Below are positions 7,550 to 12,276 of a stretch of 12,276 bases of DNA, piece by piece. The position numbers and the translations under genes are program-made. The stretch spans positions 1 to 12,276 of the forward strand of contig CAZPWM010000040.1 of the NCBI GenBank assembly GCA_964590575.1, in the 5' to 3' direction. This DNA comes from an uncultured archaeon. GTDB taxonomy: Archaea > Asgardarchaeota > Thorarchaeia > Thorarchaeales > Thorarchaeaceae. Each line of letters starts with the position of its first letter. Positions within the stretch are counted from its first letter, which is position 1. The notes beneath the pieces were generated by a model. It was given only the letters and a program-made list of their open reading frames with translations, made no database searches and was not told where the DNA came from.

Positions 7550-8538
7550 TAGATTTCATGCCTCCTGAAACACGCCACTCTGTGGCCTTCTTCATCCACA
7601 AGCGGTGGTTCCTCTGTTCTGCACCTATCAATCGCATAGTCGCATCTTGGATGAAAGTTGCATCCTATCGGGGGATCAATAAGGTCTGGAGGATTTCCTG
7701 GGATGTAATCAATTTCCTTGTCGGCGAGAATACTTGGAAATGATGCAATGAGTTTCTTTGTGTATGGATGGCCGGGTTCATTGAAGAGGATTTGAACAGA
7801 CGCCTCCTCGACAATTTTCCCGGCGTACATTATGATGACCCTATCACAGGTTTCTGCAAGCACCGATAAGTCATGAGTGATGATTAGTAGTGAGAGACTT
7901 GTCTTTTTCCTGAGCTGTTTGAAGAGATCGAGAATCTGAGCCTGGATCATTACATCCAATGCAGTAGTAGGCTCATCAGCTATTACCAGAGGGGGATGTA
8001 ACACAAGAGAGAGTGCAATCATGAGGCGTTGCTTCATTCCTCCACTTAGTTCGTGTGGATATGCTGTTGCCCTTGACCTCTCTATCCCGACAGATTCTAT
8101 TAATTCAAGTGCAATCTCTTTCGCTTCATTCCTCGATATATTTTCATGGATCAAAATTGTATCAACCATCTGGTCAATCACACGATGAACTGGATTCAGC
8201 GAGTTCATTGCGCCTTGAAAGACCATGGATACTCCTTTCCAACGAAAGGCCTCAATGTCCTTCTTCCTCAAAGTTAGGATATCGGTATTGCCAACAATGG
8301 CCTGCCCACCTTCAACGACTCCCTCCTTCGGTAGAATCTGTAGCAGAGCCATGGCAGTAGTGGTCTTTCCACAGCCACTCTCGCCGCTCAGTCCTACAAA
8401 CTCACCACAACCCACTGTGAAGTCAATGTTATCTACTGCTTTGACTATTCCCTGGGATATGTGGTAGTAGATTTTTAGACCTGATACTATGAGCACTGGT
8501 TGCCCTGCAGGGATTTCTGTTTGGGATGTTTCATTCAT
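7549..8538 (-). CDS. Oligopeptide/dipeptide ABC transporter ATP-binding protein (OppD/DppD-like)
   Basis: Motifs GESGCGKTT, FQGAMNSLNP, LSGGMKQR, IADEPTTALD, ITHD, HPYT and GCNFHPRC..C..C. Confidence 0.95.
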   Translation of the reverse strand: MNETSQTEIPAGQPVLIVSGLKIYYHISQGIVKAVDNIDFTVGCGEFVGLSGESGCGKTTTAMALLQILPKEGVVEGGQAIVGNTDILTLRKKDIEAFRWKGVSMVFQGAMNSLNPVHRVIDQMVDTILIHENISRNEAKEIALELIESVGIERSRATAYPHELSGGMKQRLMIALSLVLHPPLVIADEPTTALDVMIQAQILDLFKQLRKKTSLSLLIITHDLSVLAETCDRVIIMYAGKIVEEASVQILFNEPGHPYTKKLIASFPSILADKEIDYIPGNPPDLIDPPIGCNFHPRCDYAIDRCRTEEPPLVDEEGHRVACFRRHEI

Positions 8539-8546
8539 CTATGTTG

Positions 8547-11270
8547 CTACCTCCTGCGAAGTTTTGGATTGACAATCTCATCCATCGCATATCCCACCAT
8601 TGACACACCTAGGAGCAAAAGTATAACCATGATTCCAGGCGGAAAGAGAAGCCACCATAAATTATTGGACATTGCACCTGCATTAAATGCCAAGTAAAGC
8701 ATTGTACCCCAGCTGATCATAGCGGGGTCTCCGAGTCCAAAGAAGTCCAGGACTACCTCTGATAGAATCGCCCATGCTGTGACAAGAATTGTATTGGCAA
8801 CAACAAGGGGAGCTACAGCAGCCAACACATGTTTGCTCATGATATAGACATTGCTGCCCCCCACTGCTCTAACTCTCTCTATATAGGCCCGTTCCTTTAT
8901 TGTTAATACCTGTCCTCGGACAATACGTGCCGTCGAGGACCATGAGAACAGACCGATCACAAGTATGAGGGTTATAATTGAAGGACCTAGTACTGCAGCT
9001 ATGATGATCATCAATAGAAGGCTAGGGATTACGAAGAAAATGTCTGTAAATCTCATTAAGAAGGAGTCAATAATCCCGCCATAATATCCTGCCACTAGAC
9101 CGACCAACGTGCCTATAATCACGGACATTCCTGTTGCTACAATGCCCACAAGAAGTGTGATTCTCACAGCAATAATCATTTGACTAAATACGTCTCTTCC
9201 CAATTGATCAGTACCCATTAGATGGGTACCCGGAAAATCTAGAGGGAGTGCCCGCGGTGCTTGAAGGATGCCTTGGACGAATAGACCGATACCGACTACA
9301 CCTACAAGAGCAACAACCAATCTTGGAAGATGAGTTTTCAGGTCCTGAATGAAGAAGTTTCGCTTCGCACTCAGAAGACTCCTTAAGATGATAATTCCAG
9401 CAATCACTCCAATTGCTACTGAGAATACCAAAGTTGTCGTATTCTCAAGAGATAATGATTGAACTCCAAAAATACCTGCAATGAAAAGAATAAGTCCTCC
9501 GCCTAAAAGGGTGACGAAAAATCTAGGAATGAGAGGTCTTTTTCTCCGATCCAATATCACCCAGACCTCTCCTGCAGCAATAGCAGATGCTGCGCCTATA
9601 GAAACCATTAGCAGTTGCATTTCTGGCAGCATATCAGGAGGCCGGTACAAGAGTCCTGTAAAGAATGCTTCAGGGTCATACGGAGCCACGATATCACCGA
9701 AAATGGTCATTCCTGCGAACATTGCAACAATCGAAGTTCCCATAATCCCCATTCGTGTTTTGATGAAACGACCGAAGGTATTTCCCAGGCCTTTCCTCTT
9801 CCCGAGAAGGATTCCAAATACCGCTACCAGCAATGCGACTTGTGTTAGGGATGGATGCGCAATTGATGAGAGTGTAAGTTGCAGTGTTGAGTACTCCGCA
9901 TCTGGTAGAAGTGGCGGAGGAAATAATCCCAAACCAGCAAATGCCGCGCCCCAATGCAACGCCCAATTAGGACTGAGAATACCTGTTGCAGCAATAATGC
10001 TCACTGCGATCAAATTGACGACCAATACAACTCCAGAAAATCGAACCAAGAGTTGGGACCGTTTGTTCCTCCATGCATAAATCAAGTTTTCTGGCTTCAA
10101 AGTACCAAATCTGCTTACTATGAAATGCAATACACCCTTTCTCTTTACAATTAGTAAGAGAATGATAAGAGGAATGACCGTGGTTATGCCTATTACTGCC
10201 CATGTAGAAAGAAGTGCGACTATAGCAATCACTGCTAGAGCATAATGAGAGAATGGTCTTGGCGGTTTCTCATCACCAATAGTGAAATCTGCTCCAACTC
10301 TTATTCTAGGGTCAAGATAGAAGTAGATAAAGTCTGCAAGAAGATTGGCAATCACCACAACCACAGTAATCATGAAAAAGGCTGCTTGGAGTAGTGGGTA
10401 GTCCCGGTAATAGACTCCTTCCCAAATTAAGTTACCAATACCAGGATAGGAGAATACAACCTCTGTCTGGAGTGCTCCAGCTACCGAAAATCCTAGCTGC
10501 AACGCGATGACAGTTGTTATTGGTATCATCGCATTTGGCATGGCTTCTTTATTCAGTTGTTCTTTCTCAGTTCGTCCCTTGGCTTTGGCTGTGACCATAT
10601 AATCTTCACTTAAGACGTCTAGCAGAGCGTTTCTCGTGATTAATGCAAATGAACCCAAGATTGCGATAATCAGCACAGTCCATGGAAGCATCAAATGGGA
10701 TATCATATCAGCAGCAAGACCAAAAGGATTACCCGTGAAGTCCATTCCTGGAGTGGTCAATCCCGGTGTTCCTGGAAACCAACCGAGCCCAAATGCGAAG
10801 AACATGATGAAGAACATGGCTAACCAAAATGTGGGGATAGAGTATGTAATCAGCGAAAATAGGAGTCCTAGAAAATCTGCTGGTCGACCTCGACGCCAGG
10901 CGGAGTTCTTGCCTATCCATATTCCGATGACAATCGCAGCGAGAGATGCAGGAACAATCAAAATCAGAGTATTGCCAAGGTGTTCCATGATAATGGGTCC
11001 TACTTCCTCTCTAAAGTGAAAAGACATCCCAAGTTTCAGAGTGAGGAAATTTCCAAGAAAAAGAATGAATTGTTCCCAAAGTGGTTTATCAAGCCCAAAC
11101 TGCTCAATCAATTGGTCCTGTGCAACTTCTGTTAGATTTGGATTTCGAGCAAGGAATGTCATTGGATCGCCCGGAAGAATGTGGAAGATCACGAAATCGA
11201 TTGCAAGTACTATGAAGATTGTGACAATTGCTTGAACTATTCGTTTGATTAGGACGTCTCGTAATGCCAT
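8547..11270 (-). CDS. Fused OppB-OppC (DppB-DppC) ABC permease with extra transmembrane insertions
   Basis: The N-half has LPGDP, GLDKPL, EDYMVTAKAKG (EAA-like loop) and YLDPRIR. The C-half has APYDP, HLMGTDQLGRD, MRFTD, AYIERVRAVG and NPKLR. It is a single uninterrupted ORF. ATG 11270 is preferred over GTG 11291. Confidence 0.9.
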   Translation of the reverse strand: MALRDVLIKRIVQAIVTIFIVLAIDFVIFHILPGDPMTFLARNPNLTEVAQDQLIEQFGLDKPLWEQFILFLGNFLTLKLGMSFHFREEVGPIIMEHLGNTLILIVPASLAAIVIGIWIGKNSAWRRGRPADFLGLLFSLITYSIPTFWLAMFFIMFFAFGLGWFPGTPGLTTPGMDFTGNPFGLAADMISHLMLPWTVLIIAILGSFALITRNALLDVLSEDYMVTAKAKGRTEKEQLNKEAMPNAMIPITTVIALQLGFSVAGALQTEVVFSYPGIGNLIWEGVYYRDYPLLQAAFFMITVVVVIANLLADFIYFYLDPRIRVGADFTIGDEKPPRPFSHYALAVIAIVALLSTWAVIGITTVIPLIILLLIVKRKGVLHFIVSRFGTLKPENLIYAWRNKRSQLLVRFSGVVLVVNLIAVSIIAATGILSPNWALHWGAAFAGLGLFPPPLLPDAEYSTLQLTLSSIAHPSLTQVALLVAVFGILLGKRKGLGNTFGRFIKTRMGIMGTSIVAMFAGMTIFGDIVAPYDPEAFFTGLLYRPPDMLPEMQLLMVSIGAASAIAAGEVWVILDRRKRPLIPRFFVTLLGGGLILFIAGIFGVQSLSLENTTTLVFSVAIGVIAGIIILRSLLSAKRNFFIQDLKTHLPRLVVALVGVVGIGLFVQGILQAPRALPLDFPGTHLMGTDQLGRDVFSQMIIAVRITLLVGIVATGMSVIIGTLVGLVAGYYGGIIDSFLMRFTDIFFVIPSLLLMIIIAAVLGPSIITLILVIGLFSWSSTARIVRGQVLTIKERAYIERVRAVGGSNVYIMSKHVLAAVAPLVVANTILVTAWAILSEVVLDFFGLGDPAMISWGTMLYLAFNAGAMSNNLWWLLFPPGIMVILLLLGVSMVGYAMDEIVNPKLRRR

Positions 11271-11301
11271 ACTTACCCACTCTGATTTCACTTTGGATTA
11301 T

Positions 11302-11340
11302 AAAAAAAGGGAAATGAACAGACAGGAGTTCTGTCTGCTC
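11302..11340 (-). terminator. Hairpin plus oligo-U between the binding-protein and permease genes (partial terminator or RNA stabiliser)
   Basis: The minus strand reads GAGCAGACAG-AACTC-CTGTCTGTTC (10-bp stem, one G-U pair), followed by ATTTCCC-TTTTTTT. Confidence 0.6.
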
Positions 11341-11366
11341 AATCTCTAATCCAATTCTGGCTTATG

Positions 11367-12276
11367 CTATTTTTTCTTGACGAAATACACCACAACAATC
11401 AGTACCACTACACCTATTCCTCCAACAGCTACGAGTAGTAGTGGATCAATTAATGGGGGTGGTGGTAGTGTTGTAGTCGTTGTTGTTGTAGTCGCAACTG
11501 GCACGTCGACCTCTAGCCATGAATCGATGTTCCACATTGACAGGATGCCGCTTTGCCAGTCTGTGTGAGTGAATGTCCAGGCATCATTTCTGTAAAGTTC
11601 GATGTCATTGTACTCAACAAGAACAATGATACTAGAATCATCGTACATTATCTGCTGGAACTCATCACAAAGAGCTGCCCTAGTTACATCATTGGTGGTC
11701 AGTTGTTGTTCCTTGTATATCTCATCAACCCTTGTGATGTTCACACCATTGGGGTTGATCCAGCTGTCACTGGTCATGTATTGCATCATGCTATTTGGAT
11801 CTGCAATCTGGCTGTAGAAGGTCAGAGCTATGTCAAAGTCCCAAACCTCTGTAGCGGTCTGAGCAATGAAGGTTGTTGTTTCAAGAGGAGTTGTTGAGAT
11901 ATCAAATCCTGCAGCCTCAAGATAAGCGCTAACTAGAGACACAATTGTGAAGTCTGTTGGAACACCAGTCACATACTTGATGTTGAAGGTTAGTGTCTCA
12001 ACAGTTCCAGCTACGTTTTTCTCATAGACACCTGCCAGATTCTCAGCCCATCCTGCAGCTTCAAGAGTTGCCCTAGCTGCAGCTGCCCCGGGGGTATAGG
12101 TCACAAGAGCGTCATTATACCACTTGAGCTCAGAATGGATTAGTGAGTCCGCTGCATTTGCATGTCCGAGATATGCAACCTCAGCAATTTGCGCCTTGTC
12201 AATGGCCTGATTCATTGCCTTTCTCACTTCTGGTTGACGAAGTGCATTAGTCTTATGTGTACGAGAAGCATATTCT
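11367..12276 (-). CDS. ABC transporter substrate-binding protein, family 5 (OppA/DppA-like); 5' part lies outside the window
   Basis: The frame is open to the window edge (EYASRTHKTNALRQPEVRKAMNQAIDK...). It contains ARATLEAAGW and RAALCDEFQQIMYDD, and ends with a Thr-rich linker, PPPP, a hydrophobic helix and KKK (archaeal-type C-terminal membrane anchor). Confidence 0.9.
   Translation of the reverse strand, partial: EYASRTHKTNALRQPEVRKAMNQAIDKAQIAEVAYLGHANAADSLIHSELKWYNDALVTYTPGAAAARATLEAAGWAENLAGVYEKNVAGTVETLTFNIKYVTGVPTDFTIVSLVSAYLEAAGFDISTTPLETTTFIAQTATEVWDFDIALTFYSQIADPNSMMQYMTSDSWINPNGVNITRVDEIYKEQQLTTNDVTRAALCDEFQQIMYDDSSIIVLVEYNDIELYRNDAWTFTHTDWQSGILSMWNIDSWLEVDVPVATTTTTTTTLPPPPLIDPLLLVAVGGIGVVVLIVVVYFVKKK
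11456..11493 (-). repeat. Low-complexity poly-Thr/Pro coding stretch (TTTTTTTTLPPPP linker)
   Basis: Run of ACN and CCN codons in the C-terminus of the binding protein. Confidence 0.8.

Noticed and set aside
8536-8549. Amber (TAG) stop of the permease as a possible Pyl read-through fusion to the ATPase
   Set aside because: The ATPase ATG (8538) is out of frame and read-through hits TGA after three codons. The binding-protein TAG (11367-11369) also follows a natural KKK terminus.
9481-10080. 199-aa plus-strand ORF
   Set aside because: It is an antisense shadow of the hydrophobic permease with no recognisable motifs. The same applies to 10636-11019.
1-12276. CRISPR arrays, tRNA/rRNA (including tRNA-Pyl), cobalamin riboswitch, mobile elements
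   Set aside because: Intergenic gaps are about 130 bp or less, and I saw no spaced repeats, cloverleaf, B12-box, transposase or integrase. A covariance-model search was not possible.

Overview
A dense, probably archaeal catabolic gene cluster. The archaeal assignment is an inference from the Thr-rich, C-terminally anchored solute-binding protein and the MtmB/corrinoid pair; an Asgard/Thorarchaeota-like source is possible but cannot be confirmed here. On the minus strand (right to left) lies an Opp/Dpp-family ABC importer: a partial binding protein, an unusual ~910-aa OppB-OppC fused permease with extra membrane segments, and two ATPases. It is followed by a B12-binding corrinoid protein and a full-length MtmB (monomethylamine methyltransferase) homolog with no amber/pyrrolysine codon and an apparently remodelled active site. 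Converging on these from the plus strand are a two-subunit GctAB-like CoA-transferase and a putative ribbon-helix-helix + CxxC + tandem V4R-like regulator. Diverging leftwards are a CE4 (PgdA/PuuE-like) deacetylase/amidohydrolase and an SDR oxidoreductase that the ORF track missed. A TGWWCA/ATGTTCAC motif recurs at about 31-bp spacing upstream of both the regulator and the corrinoid-mtmB pair. The best overall hypothesis is an uncharacterised, regulated uptake and pyrrolysine-independent demethylation pathway for an unknown methylated organic substrate.
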